A program made the position numbers and the translations under genes. This document shows positions 39,707 to 49,102 of a stretch of 53,812 bases of DNA, piece by piece; position 1 is the first letter of the stretch; every line of letters begins with the position of its first letter. The stretch lies in the NCBI GenBank assembly GCA_964371095.1, contig CAYJMJ010000002.1:56-53867 (forward strand). Reading direction: 5' to 3'. The stretch is from an uncultured Dehalococcoidia bacterium (GTDB taxonomy: Bacteria; Chloroflexota; Dehalococcoidia; DSTF01; JACRBR01). The notes under the pieces were generated by a model, which saw only the letters and a program-made list of their open reading frames with translations, had not been told where the DNA came from and did not search any database.

Positions 39707-40509
39707 GCCGGCGCGTTACCTCGCACGGGCGCCGCCACGCCCTCCATCGGGCTGCTCGCCGATGCGTAAAGCTTGCGATCGATGCGGCCCGCGAGGAACG
39801 CCGCGCGGCCGGCCTCGACGGCGAGCTTCATCGCCGCGGCCATGGCCGGCGGGTCCTGCGACTTCGCCACGGCGGTGTTGATGAGCACCGCGTCGGCCCC
39901 GATCTCCATCGCCAGCGCGGCGTCCGAGGGCGCGCCGATGCCCGCGTCGACCACCACCGGCACGCGGGCGTTTTCGATGATGATCCTGATCTCGTCGATC
40001 GTCAGGATGCCCTGTCCCGAGCCGATGGCCGACCCGAGTGGCATCACGGTCGCGCATCCGGCCTCTTCGAGGTGGCGCGCCAGCACCGGGTCGGCATGGA
40101 TGTACGGCAGGACGACGAATCCCTCGGACAGTAGCTGCTCGGCCGCGCGCAGCGTGCCGATCGGGTCCGGCAGCAAGTACTTGGGGTCGGGAATGACCTC
40201 GAGCTTCACCCAGTTGGAGCCCGTCACCGAACGGCCGAGCCGCGCCGTCAGCAGCGCCTCGTCGACCGTCTTGCATCCCGCCGTGTTCGGCAGCACCGTG
40301 TGACGCGACCAGTCGATGTAATCCAGCTCGGTGCGGGCGTTCGGGTTGTCGAGGTCGAGGCGGCGGATCGCCACCGTTACCAGCTCCGTACCCGACGCAT
40401 CGAGCGCCGCCACCGTCTCCTCAGGGCTGGCGTACTTGCCCGTGCCGAGAAAGAGCCGCGAACGGAACTGCTTGCCCGCAATCGTCAGCATGTCATTCAT
40501 CGTCTCCAT
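39703..40509 (-). CDS. thiG: Thiazole synthase
   Basis: [46 protein letters not shown]. Confidence 0.97.
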   Translation of the reverse strand: METMNDMLTIAGKQFRSRLFLGTGKYASPEETVAALDASGTELVTVAIRRLDLDNPNARTELDYIDWSRHTVLPNTAGCKTVDEALLTARLGRSVTGSNWVKLEVIPDPKYLLPDPIGTLRAAEQLLSEGFVVLPYIHADPVLARHLEEAGCATVMPLGSAIGSGQGILTIDEIRIIIENARVPVVVDAGIGAPSDAALAMEIGADAVLINTAVAKSQDPPAMAAAMKLAVEAGRAAFLAGRIDRKLYASASSPMEGVAAPVRGNAPA

Positions 40510-40741
40510 CCTTCCCCGGAGCGCCCGTTCCCCGCCTCGGCGCGGTCGAATCCCGCAGCGACCTCATGATGCGCGCGCCGCCGGCCGTAATACCGACCAT
40601 CGCGATCGCGATCGCCATCACCAGCCAGTCGCGCTGCGCCCCGGCCCAGATCGCGACTGCGATGAACGCCACTGCCATCAGCCCGTAGTACCACGGCGGC
40701 GCGCTGCCCGACCGCGAGTAGCGCTTCCACAGGAAGTTCAC
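40493..40741 (-). CDS. Small two-TM membrane protein inside the thi operon
   Basis: [20 protein letters not shown] and [17 protein letters not shown]; overlaps the thiG start. Confidence 0.65.
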   Translation of the reverse strand: MNFLWKRYSRSGSAPPWYYGLMAVAFIAVAIWAGAQRDWLVMAIAIAMVGITAGGARIMRSLRDSTAPRRGTGAPGKDGDDE

Positions 40742-40910
40742 AGTTCACCGTCCACCGTTGACAGTGAGGTCGCCCACTCGCTGATGTCATCAAGCTGGAC
40801 AGAAACGAAGAACCGGGTACCAGGCTCCTGACGGCGTTTGCCTGCGCCAGCGAGGAGACTCCTGGAATCCGCGCCACCTGCTGCGAACTGTGTACTGTCC
40901 ACCGTGAACT
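40735..40910. repeat. Inverted arrays of degenerate heptamers bounding the region downstream of thiD
   Basis: AGTTCAC AGTTCAC CGTCCAC CGTTGAC (40735-40762) versus GCGAACT GTGTACT GTCCACC GTGAACT (40883-40910). Confidence 0.55.
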
Positions 40911-41762
40911 TCATCTCGGCGCCACTCCCGGCCGGTACCGCCGGCCCAGCGGCTGCCAGTATCGATAGAAATGGTGCAGCGGGCCATGACCCTGGCCGAT
41001 GGGATAGGCGTGCTGCATCGCCAGCGTCACGTAGGACTTCGCCAGCGCCACCGCGTCCGACGTCGCCATGCCCTTCGCCAGCCCGGCCGCGATCGCCGCC
41101 GAGAAGGTGCAGCCGGTCCCGTGCGTGTTCGGCGTATCGATGCGAATCGCCGTGAAGTCGCGAAAGCCGCGTCCGTCGTAGTAGAGGTCCGTGGCGTTGT
41201 GATCGCCGTCGAAGTGGCCGCCGGTGATGACGACCGAGCGCGCGCCCATGCCGACGATCTGTTCGGCGGCGCCCTTCGCGTCGTCCCACGAGAGGATCGT
41301 TCGCCCGGTGAGCGCCTCCGCCTCGGGCAGGTTCGGCGTGACGGCGAGCGCCAGCGGCAACAGCTCGCGGACCAGCGCCGCCACGCCCTCATCGTCGAGC
41401 AGCCGGACGCCGCTCGTAGCGACGATCACCGGATCGACGACGAGCATCTCGACGCCGTGCTCCCGCAGCTTCGCCGCCACGGCTTCGACGATCCCGGCGT
41501 TGGCCAGCATGCCCGTCTTCACCGCTCCCGCGCCGATGTCCGACAGCACCGCGTCGATCTGCGCGCCGACGAGCGCGGCCGGCATCGCGAGCCAGTCGCC
41601 GACGCCGAGCGTGTTCTGCGCCGTCACGGCCGTGATCGCCGACGTGCCGTACACGCCGAACGCCGCAAACGTCTTCAGGTCGGCCTGGATGCCCGCGCCG
41701 CCGCTCGAATCGCTCCCGGCGATCGTGAGTGCCCGCGGCGCTGCGCCACTGTCGTCGGACAT
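40911..41762 (-). CDS. thiD: Hydroxymethylpyrimidine/phosphomethylpyrimidine kinase
   Basis: [53 protein letters not shown]. Confidence 0.97.
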   Translation of the reverse strand: MSDDSGAAPRALTIAGSDSSGGAGIQADLKTFAAFGVYGTSAITAVTAQNTLGVGDWLAMPAALVGAQIDAVLSDIGAGAVKTGMLANAGIVEAVAAKLREHGVEMLVVDPVIVATSGVRLLDDEGVAALVRELLPLALAVTPNLPEAEALTGRTILSWDDAKGAAEQIVGMGARSVVITGGHFDGDHNATDLYYDGRGFRDFTAIRIDTPNTHGTGCTFSAAIAAGLAKGMATSDAVALAKSYVTLAMQHAYPIGQGHGPLHHFYRYWQPLGRRYRPGVAPR

Positions 41763-41799
41763 AGAAAAGCGCCTTCCGGGTTCCGGAGGCGCGGTTCGT

Positions 41800-41897
41800 T
41801 GTCCACTCCCTGCGCCGGCATTACCCGGGTCAGGTTCGGCGGTCGGTCGCACCGGCGACCCTCTCAGCCGGGCTCGATCCCAGCTCCCGCAGAACGA
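41800..41897 (-). promoter_or_regulatory. TPP riboswitch
   Basis: Minus strand GGGAGC...GGCTGAGAGG...CGAACCTGACCCGGGTAATGCCGGCGCAGGGA, directly upstream of thiD. Confidence 0.93.
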
Positions 41898-41938
41898 TCT
41901 GCTGTTGCTTCAGTATATCAGTTGCCCGCGGCTGGCCG

Positions 41939-42700
41939 TCAGCCCGGCGGCGATGCGCCGGTGCCATCGTCGGCGGTCGTCGCCTCTTCGGCCAGAAGGC
42001 GCTCTTCGTCGGTGAGTGCGGCTTTGACGAGCAGGTCCGGCCGGCGGCGCGCAGTGCGGCGGATCGACTGGCGCCGTCGCCACTTCGCGATCTCGGCGTG
42101 GTGGCCGGAGAGCAGGATTTCGGGCACCGCCATGCCCCGATACTCAGCCGGCCGCGTGTACTGCGGGTACTCGAGCAGCCCCTGTGCGTGCGACTCCTCC
42201 TCCAGCGACGCCTCCGAGCCCAGCACGCCCGGCTGGTGCCGCGCGACGGCATCGACGACCACGATCGCGGCCGGCTCCCCGCCCGAGAGCACGTAGTCGC
42301 CGATGCTGATCTCGTCGTCGGCCAGGTGCTCCCGCACGCGTTCGTCCACCCCCTCGTAGTGCCCGCAGATGAGGATGAGCCGATCCGCCCCCGCCAGCTC
42401 GGCGACGACGTCATGATTGAGAAGGCGACCCTGCGGCGTCAGCAAGACGACCCGACCACGCGGCTCCGCCATCGCCTGAACGGCGTCGACGCACGCGAAC
42501 AGCGGATCCGGCTTCATCACCATGCCCGGCCCGCCGCCGTACGCATAGTCGTCGACGACGTGGTGCCGGTCCTCGGTGTAGTCCCGCGGGTTGTGGAGCG
42601 CAATCTGCAGCACCCCCGAGCCCGTCGCGCGGCCGATGATGCTGTGGTCGAACACTCCGGCCAGCATCTCCGGGAACAGCGTCAGGACGTCGATCCTCAT
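41939..42700 (-). CDS. trmD: tRNA (guanine37-N1)-methyltransferase
   Basis: [56 protein letters not shown]. Confidence 0.97.
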   Translation of the reverse strand: MRIDVLTLFPEMLAGVFDHSIIGRATGSGVLQIALHNPRDYTEDRHHVVDDYAYGGGPGMVMKPDPLFACVDAVQAMAEPRGRVVLLTPQGRLLNHDVVAELAGADRLILICGHYEGVDERVREHLADDEISIGDYVLSGGEPAAIVVVDAVARHQPGVLGSEASLEEESHAQGLLEYPQYTRPAEYRGMAVPEILLSGHHAEIAKWRRRQSIRRTARRRPDLLVKAALTDEERLLAEEATTADDGTGASPPG

Positions 42701-42737
42701 GTGACGTGCCGGCCTGGAATCAATGGCACGGCACCGC

Positions 42738-43271
42738 TCATCGCGTGCCTCGCGCGCGGATCCAGTCCCGCAGCGCCGCTGCCGTCGTGTCGAACGCGAG
42801 TTCGTCCCACGGGATGGCGTCCGTCGCAAACCACGCGACCTCGGTCGACTCGTAGTCACCCACGACGGCCGCGTCGCTGTCGCTCGTGCCCGCGTACACC
42901 ACCAGCACGATTCCCACGTGCGGACGCGAATACACGCCATGCAGGCCCGAGAGGCTCACATCGAGCCCCACCTCTTCCTTCGCCTCGCGCACCGCTCCCT
43001 CTTCGGGCCGCTCGCCGATCTCCAGGAAGCCGCCCGGAAACGTCCAGAGCCCCACGCCGGGGTCCATCGCCCGCCTTTGCAGCAGCACCCGGCCGCCGTG
43101 CTCGATGATTACCGATGCCACCACGCGCGGGTTGAGGTAGTGGATGAAGCCGCAACCCTCGCACTGGTAACGCGTTCGCTCCTCGTACTCGAGGTAGCGT
43201 TCGATGAGCGCGTGGCCGCAGACCTGGCAATAGCGCGGCGTCACGAGGCGCTCAGGCGACACGGTTGACAT
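42738..43271 (-). CDS. NUDIX hydrolase with N-terminal zinc ribbon
   Basis: CQVCG...CEGCG, YLNP, Nudix box [25 protein letters not shown]. Confidence 0.9.
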   Translation of the reverse strand: MSTVSPERLVTPRYCQVCGHALIERYLEYEERTRYQCEGCGFIHYLNPRVVASVIIEHGGRVLLQRRAMDPGVGLWTFPGGFLEIGERPEEGAVREAKEEVGLDVSLSGLHGVYSRPHVGIVLVVYAGTSDSDAAVVGDYESTEVAWFATDAIPWDELAFDTTAAALRDWIRARGTR

Positions 43272-43307
43272 CCTCGCTCCTGCTCTTGCCATTGTCGATC
43301 AAATTGC

Positions 43308-43337
43308 TTGACTTCAAGATTTGGGCTCGCCTACACT
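43308..43337 (+). promoter_or_regulatory. Sigma70-type promoter for the zinc-ribbon gene
   Basis: TTGACT, 18 nt, TACACT in an AT-richer patch. Confidence 0.5.
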
Positions 43338-43396
43338 CTGCGCCAGCCGCAACACCCTGCGCGGCCACGCAACCTGACCCAAAGGAGGGGAGTACG

Positions 43397-43690
43397 GTGG
43401 CATTCGAGGATAAGTCGTTGACTTGCCGTGATTGCTCTTCGACGTTCGTCTTCACGGCCGGCGAACAGGGGTTCTACCTGGAGAAGGGCCTCCTGAACGA
43501 GCCCCAGCGCTGCCCGTCGTGTCGCGCGAACAGGCGAAAGGAGCGCACCTCGGGCGGCGGGCGCGAACTGACCACCGTCACCTGCGCCAACTGCGGCGGA
43601 AACGCCACCGTGCCGTTCGTCCCGAGGCTCGACCGCCCCGTCCTCTGCAGCAGCTGCTTCGAGCAGTCCCGCGAGCCCGTCGCAAGCTGA
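43397..43690 (+). CDS. Zinc-ribbon / CxxC-x17-CxxC domain protein
   Basis: AAGGAGG RBS; FEDKSLTCRDC..FVFTAGEQ.FY, PQRCPSCR, CANCG...VPFVP...RPVLCSSCF. Confidence 0.9.
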   Translation: MAFEDKSLTCRDCSSTFVFTAGEQGFYLEKGLLNEPQRCPSCRANRRKERTSGGGRELTTVTCANCGGNATVPFVPRLDRPVLCSSCFEQSREPVAS

Positions 43691-43730
43691 CGCTCGATTC
43701 TCCAGCCAGCCCAGCATCGATGCCCGCCGG

Positions 43731-44198
43731 TCAGCTCCGGCGGGCATCCGTCGTTCCTTCGTTCTCGGGCGGGGCCGGCACCTCGGGCACGTGCCCCTCG
43801 ATCCACTCCTCGCCGTCCTCCCAGACCTCCTTTTTCCAGACCGGCACGATCTGCTTGATGCGGTCGACGGCGTAGTGGCATGCCTCGAACGACTCCCTGC
43901 GATGCCCGGACGACACCGCCACCAGCAGGCTCGTCTCGCCGATTTCCAGGCGGCCGATGCGGTGGAGGATGCCGATGCCCGTGACGGGGAACTTCGAGCG
44001 AACCTCGTCGGCCACCTCACGCATCTTCTTGATGGCCATCTCCGGGTAGGCGTCGTACTCCAGATACTGGACGTTCCGGCCCATGTTCTCGTTGCGGACC
44101 ACGCCGTAGAACAGGGCAACTGCGCCCGACTCGTCGCGCCGCACCGACGCGACGAGGGCGGCCGGATCGAGCGGATCGCTCGTGATCTCGAACATCAA
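43731..44198 (-). CDS. moaE: Molybdopterin synthase catalytic subunit (start TTG 44198 or ATG 44195)
   Basis: GAVALFYGVVR, LEYDAYPEMA, HRIGRL.IGE, HR, VPVWKKE. Confidence 0.95.
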   Translation of the reverse strand: MMFEITSDPLDPAALVASVRRDESGAVALFYGVVRNENMGRNVQYLEYDAYPEMAIKKMREVADEVRSKFPVTGIGILHRIGRLEIGETSLLVAVSSGHRRESFEACHYAVDRIKQIVPVWKKEVWEDGEEWIEGHVPEVPAPPENEGTTDARRS

Positions 44199-44446
44199 CG
44201 CCCCCCGCTCACCGGCGGGATGAGCGCGACGCGCGCGCCGTCCCTCAGCACGTGCTCGACGGGTACGTACTCCTCGTCGACCGCGCAGACGAGCACCGGC
44301 AGCATCGGCAGCACCGCCGGGTGCTCGGCGCCCAGGCGGTCGCGCAGCGCCCCGACGGTCGCCCCGGCCGGCAGCTCCATGACGATGTCGCGCGCGCCGA
44401 CGAGGTCGCGCAGGCCGGCGTACAGGCGGATGCTCACGGTCGTCAC
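44195..44446 (-). CDS. moaD: Molybdopterin synthase sulfur carrier ending GG-R
   Basis: RLYAGLRD, AVDEEY, VALIPPVSGG; overlaps moaE. Confidence 0.92.
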   Translation of the reverse strand: MTTVSIRLYAGLRDLVGARDIVMELPAGATVGALRDRLGAEHPAVLPMLPVLVCAVDEEYVPVEHVLRDGARVALIPPVSGGR

Positions 44447-44476
44447 GGGCGCTCCCTGGTCATAGACTCGCATCGC

Positions 44477-44539
44477 ATTGTAGCCACGGGCGGCGCATGC
44501 CGGTACGCGGCTTGACCGCACACGCCTCCGGCGTATACT
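44477..44539. promoter_or_regulatory. Divergent promoters for moaDE and comF
   Basis: Minus strand TACAAT (44477-44482); plus strand TTGACC (44512-44517), 16 nt, TATACT (44534-44539). Confidence 0.5.
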
Positions 44540-44549
44540 CGCGGGGCTC

Positions 44550-45245
44550 ATGAGCGGCATGATCGATAGAGCCTCGCGCCTCGCACTGGACCTGCTGTTC
44601 CCGCCGCAGTGCGCCCTCTGCCGCGGCGGCGGTGCCCTCCTCTGCGATGTCTGCGCCGCCACCCTGCCGGAGGCCGGCGGGCGGCGCTGCGAGCGATGCT
44701 GGATGCCGGTCTCGGGCGGCGCGGTCTGCCGCCACTGCATGGAAACGCCCCCGGCGTTCACGTCCATCCGCGCCGCGTTCGTCATGGAAGGCGGCGCTAG
44801 GCGCCTCGCTCATGAACTCAAGTACGAGGGCCTGACCGCGCTCGCCGAGCCGATGGCCGCGCTCATGGCGGAGCACTCGGCGCCCGCCACGGCCGACCTC
44901 GTCGTCCCCGTGCCGCTGCACCGCGGCCGCGAGCGCTCGCGCGGCTACAACCAGGCCGCCGAGCTGGCGAAGCACCTGTCCGCGGCGTGGGACGTGCCGT
45001 ACGACGAGCGGGCGGCGCGCCGCGTGCGCGACACGGCGCCCCTCGCCAAGACGATGCATCGCGCCGAGCGGCGGGCGATCGTCGCTGGCGCGTTCGCCGC
45101 CGATACGGCGCGCGTCGAGGGGCGCCGCGTGGTGCTCGTGGACGACGTCGTCACGACCGGCGCCACGCTCGACGCCTGCGCGACCGCCATCCTGGAGGCC
45201 GGCGCCGCGAGCGTGCATGCCCGCACGTGGGCGCGGGCTGACTGA
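44550..45245 (+). CDS. comF: ComF family protein (zinc ribbon plus PRTase domain)
   Basis: LFPPQCALC, four CxxC pairs, VPVPLH...RGYNQA, LVDDVVTTGAT. Confidence 0.92.
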   Translation: MSGMIDRASRLALDLLFPPQCALCRGGGALLCDVCAATLPEAGGRRCERCWMPVSGGAVCRHCMETPPAFTSIRAAFVMEGGARRLAHELKYEGLTALAEPMAALMAEHSAPATADLVVPVPLHRGRERSRGYNQAAELAKHLSAAWDVPYDERAARRVRDTAPLAKTMHRAERRAIVAGAFAADTARVEGRRVVLVDDVVTTGATLDACATAILEAGAASVHARTWARAD

Positions 45246-45326
45246 CCTCGAATCCGGACCGTGCGCCACGACCCGCCGCCAGCGTATAGTCCGTTCGAAG
45301 CTGGAATCGCTGCACGGGAGCCACAC

Positions 45327-46676
45327 ATGCTCGGCGAGACAGAGATCAGGCGCATCGTCGAGACGGTGCTCGCGGCGAGCCGCGCCGACCAGACGGAGGT
45401 CCTGGTTTTCGCCAACAACTCCGCGCTGACGCGGTTCGCCAACAACTACATCCACCAGAACGTCGAGCAGACCGATGTCGACGTGCGTGTGCGGGCGGTC
45501 ATCGGCCAGAAGATCGGCATCGCGTCGTCCAACGAGGTCTCGCCAGATGCGCTCCGGCGGCTGGCGGCGCGGGCGCACGAGCTGGCCGAGCACCAGCGCG
45601 AAAACGAGGATTTCCGCTCGCTGCCCCGGCCCGAGCCGATCACCCCGGTCGACGCTTACGTCGAACGCACCGCCCGCTGCGGGCCGGAAGAGAGGGCCGC
45701 CGTCGTCGGCCAGATCTGCGACGCCTCGGCGCGTGCGGGCCTGTCGGCGGCCGGCGCGTTCCACACGACCGTGCACGAGCTGGCCGTCGGCAATTCGCTC
45801 GGCATCTTCGCCATCCACCGCGAGACGCAGGCCGATGTCAACACGGTCGTCATGTCGGAGACGTCGAGCGGCTACGCGGCGCGCGTCAGCAAGGACGCCG
45901 GTGACATCGACGGCGAGGCCGTGGCCCAGGAGGCGGTCGACCGTGCCGTTCGCTGCGTCAATCCCGCGCGGATCGAGCCGGGCGAGTACGAGGTCATTCT
46001 GGAGCCGTACGCGGTCGTCGACCTGCTCGATTTCTTCTCGTACCTGTCGTTCGGGGCGCTGCCGTTCGTCGAGAAGCGGAGCTTCATGGCGGGCCGCCTC
46101 GGCGAGCGCGTCATGGGCGAGAACGTCACCATCTGGGACGACGGACTCTCGCCCGCCGGCATCCCGACGCCGTTCGATTTCGAGGGCGTGCCGAAGCGGC
46201 GTGTTACGTTCGTCGAACGCGGTGTCGCCAGGGAGGTGGCCTGGGACAGCTACGTCGCCGGCAAGCAGGGCGGCGATGCGCGTTCGACCGGACACGCGTT
46301 GCCGGCGGGCAACACCATCGGCCCGATGCCGCTGAACATGTTCATGGCCCCCGGCGACGCCTCGCTGGACGACATGGTGCGGGGCACGAAGCGGGGGCTG
46401 TGGGTCAAGCGCTTCTGGTACACCCGCACCGTCCACCCGTTAAACGTCGTCACCACCGGCATGACCCGCGACGGAACGTTCCTGATCGAGAACGGGCAGG
46501 TCACCGGCCCGGTGGCGAACATGCGGTTTACCCAGGATTACGTCGATGCACTGAACCACGTCGACCAGGTCGGCCGTGACGCCACGCTCGTCCTCGGCGA
46601 CATTGGCGGCGGCGTGCGCAGCGTGCCGGCGCTGAAGCTGTCGAAGTGGAACTTCACCGGCGTCAGCGAGGCATAG
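45327..46676 (+). CDS. TldD/PmbA family protein, PmbA/TldE-like (non-catalytic) subunit
   Basis: LTRFANN.IHQN, PGEYEVILEP.AV, FDFEG, TGMTRDG.FLIENG; no HExxxH seen. Confidence 0.85.
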   Translation: MLGETEIRRIVETVLAASRADQTEVLVFANNSALTRFANNYIHQNVEQTDVDVRVRAVIGQKIGIASSNEVSPDALRRLAARAHELAEHQRENEDFRSLPRPEPITPVDAYVERTARCGPEERAAVVGQICDASARAGLSAAGAFHTTVHELAVGNSLGIFAIHRETQADVNTVVMSETSSGYAARVSKDAGDIDGEAVAQEAVDRAVRCVNPARIEPGEYEVILEPYAVVDLLDFFSYLSFGALPFVEKRSFMAGRLGERVMGENVTIWDDGLSPAGIPTPFDFEGVPKRRVTFVERGVAREVAWDSYVAGKQGGDARSTGHALPAGNTIGPMPLNMFMAPGDASLDDMVRGTKRGLWVKRFWYTRTVHPLNVVTTGMTRDGTFLIENGQVTGPVANMRFTQDYVDALNHVDQVGRDATLVLGDIGGGVRSVPALKLSKWNFTGVSEA

Positions 46677-46856
46677 GCCACGGATTCGATTCCCGATTCG
46701 CAGGACGGCAGCCCACGCCCGGCGGCCCTGCTCATGCATCCGGGGCATCGTCGGCGCTATCGCCTTGCCGTAAGGATTGGTACAACCATTACTAGTGCAA
46801 TCCTTCACGTAGCGGGTATCGTATGGCGACCCGGCTGTGGGATGACGGAGGAGAGG

Positions 46857-47426
46857 ATGATCTCAGGAAAGCGACTGATGGCGGCGGCCTTCACGTTGTC
46901 GACAGTCGTGGTGCTGGGCGCCACCGCATGCAGTAACGCCGGCCGGACGGCGGACCCTACGCCTGTCCAGACATGGTGGATCACCCCGTCCGCCCTCGGC
47001 GCGGCGACGAAGCCCGCCGGCGCGCCGACCGCCGTGGCGAGCGCGACGCCTGCCGGCGCGGCCACGTCCGCCGCGACGTCTGCCGCGACGGCAGCGGTAA
47101 CATCCGCAGCGACTGCGGAGGCGACGACCCCGAGCGGCGGCGGCACGAAGATCGTGCTCATCGCGATCAACCTCACCTTCGACAAGACGACGTTGTCGGC
47201 GCCCGCGGGCACGGTGACGTTTGAGCTGGACAACCAGGACCCCGGCCAGCCGCACAATCTCCATATCTACAAGGGCGCGGACGTGTCCGGTGAGAGCATG
47301 GCCTCCTCTCCGCTCAACGTCGGTCCGACGAAGGACACGCTCGAAGTCACGCTGGAGAAGGGCGAGTACTTCTTCCAGTGCGACGTGCATCCGACGACGA
47401 TGGCCGGCAAACTCACCATCGAGTGA
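46857..47426 (+). CDS. Lipoprotein cupredoxin with Ala/Thr-rich linker
   Basis: GGAGGAGAGG RBS; lipobox ATAC; PHN and FQCDVHPTTM copper ligands. Confidence 0.85.
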   Translation: MISGKRLMAAAFTLSTVVVLGATACSNAGRTADPTPVQTWWITPSALGAATKPAGAPTAVASATPAGAATSAATSAATAAVTSAATAEATTPSGGGTKIVLIAINLTFDKTTLSAPAGTVTFELDNQDPGQPHNLHIYKGADVSGESMASSPLNVGPTKDTLEVTLEKGEYFFQCDVHPTTMAGKLTIE

Positions 47427-47833
47427 CGGATTCCCCCGGGTGCAGGCCGACGCGCACTGTCTTCAGTTCGACGCGACGCGACGCGAAGCGAAGCGTGGCC
47501 GCCCTCGGCTGCGCGTCCGTCGCTGGCGGACCGACGCGCTACGCGGCCTCGTATGACGATCTCGGACGCGTGCGACGCCACGCCCACGCCAGAGTGTCGA
47601 CAGAAGCATGCATGGGCCACCATGAGCCGAACGATGCGTGCGGCTCTGAACGCCCCTCTCGCATCCGGAGGCCGCCAGTGTTGGACCGTTCCAAGCTGGC
47701 GCGCAGTCGGCCGGGTGAAACAACGCTGCGTGGGGCGGGAGCCGCGGCTTATGCGCGCTCAGAATTGCGCTTATCCGGTGCGTCCGTGAGAATGCAGGCA
47801 GGTCCGAACAACTCCCACGACGAAGGCGGTGTA

Positions 47834-48340
47834 ATGGAACGAACGATGCTCGAAGCCCGGCGGGAGACCGTCGCGCGCGCTGATGCCCCGACGGCTCGCG
47901 TCTTCTGCGAGGCAATCGAGTTCGAAACCACCTGCGCCCCCGAGTTCATCGACATAACCGATGACGTGCGACAGGTCGTCGAATCCGCCGGCATCGAGTT
48001 TGGCCAGGTCAGCGTTTTTTCGCAGCACACAACGGCCGCCATCAAGATCAACGAGAACGAACCGCTGCTCCTCCGCGACCTCGCCCGCCTGCTGCGCCAG
48101 TTCGCCCCGCCCAACGCCTACTACGAACATAACGACTTCTCCCGCCGCACCGTCAACATGAACGAGGACGAGTGCGCCAACGGCCATGCCCACGTGCAGC
48201 ACCTGTTTCTGGGCGCGAGCGAGTGCATCCCGGTCGTCGACGGGCGCATCACGCTGGGCACGTGGCAACGCATCTTCCTCATCGAGTTGGATCACCCGCG
48301 CCTCCGCCGGGTGCTCGTCAACGTCGTCGGTACGGCGTAA
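47834..48340 (+). CDS. yjbQ: YjbQ/UPF0047 family protein (secondary thiamine-phosphate synthase-like)
   Basis: FIDIT, HTTA..INE.E, Y.HND, NGHAH, LGTWQRIFLIELD.PR. Confidence 0.9.
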   Translation: MERTMLEARRETVARADAPTARVFCEAIEFETTCAPEFIDITDDVRQVVESAGIEFGQVSVFSQHTTAAIKINENEPLLLRDLARLLRQFAPPNAYYEHNDFSRRTVNMNEDECANGHAHVQHLFLGASECIPVVDGRITLGTWQRIFLIELDHPRLRRVLVNVVGTA

Positions 48341-48356
48341 CCTGGCTCCCCTGTCT

Positions 48357-49055
48357 GTGCCCGCCAATCCGACACCCGGTTCGCCGGACCGTGGCTACTA
48401 TGCGATCGGCCACCGCGCCGGCAACAACCTCCACGACCTGGAACGCGCCCTCGCCGCCGGAGTCGACGCCATCGAGTGCGACTTCTGGCACGATCGCGGC
48501 CGCCTGACCGTCCGCCACGAGCGGAAGCTGCCGGCGCTGCCGGTCTGGTACGACCGCTGGTATCTGCGCTTCTCCCTCGGCGAGTTGAGCCTGCCCGAGC
48601 TTCTGCGCGAGATCGATGCGCGCGCCGAGCTGTTTCTCGACATCAAGTCGGCGACGCCGCTCGCGGCGGACGCGGTCCTCGCGCTCTATCACGACAATGA
48701 GTCGATGATGCCGCGTACGCTCGTGTCGTCGCGGCAATGGCGGCTCCTCGACCAGCTGGCCGATGCCGGGACGGAGATGCAGATGTTCTACTCGGTCGGA
48801 CGGCGCAGCGCCATCGATGACCTGCTGCGGCGCGCACAGGTGGCGCCGCGCCCGGCCGGCACGTCCATCCGCCACACGCTGCTGTCGGCCGAGGTCGTGG
48901 CGCGCCTGCACGACGCCGAGCTGCGCGTGTTCGCGTGGACCGTCAACAACCGCCACCGCGCCGAGGAGTTGCTCGGATGGGGCGTCGACGGCTTGATCTG
49001 CGACGACGTGGACCTGCACGCCGCGCTGCGGCACCCGCCCCACACGCGCACGTAG
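48357..49055 (+). CDS. Glycerophosphodiester phosphodiesterase family protein (start approximate)
   Basis: GHRAGN, AIECD, VRH, FLDIK, AWTVN, GVDGLICD. Confidence 0.8.
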   Translation: MPANPTPGSPDRGYYAIGHRAGNNLHDLERALAAGVDAIECDFWHDRGRLTVRHERKLPALPVWYDRWYLRFSLGELSLPELLREIDARAELFLDIKSATPLAADAVLALYHDNESMMPRTLVSSRQWRLLDQLADAGTEMQMFYSVGRRSAIDDLLRRAQVAPRPAGTSIRHTLLSAEVVARLHDAELRVFAWTVNNRHRAEELLGWGVDGLICDDVDLHAALRHPPHTRT

Positions 49056-49102
49056 AAGCGCCCTCCGCGTCGCGACGCACCGCTCCGTTGCTCGATGTGC
49101 AG

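Noticed and set aside
47427-47833. 400-nt gap before yjbQ with a (GACGC)3(GAAGC)2 tract; possible second TPP riboswitch or sRNA
   Set aside because: No CTGAGA or AACCTGA core and no recognisable family; the short repeat is unremarkable at this GC content.
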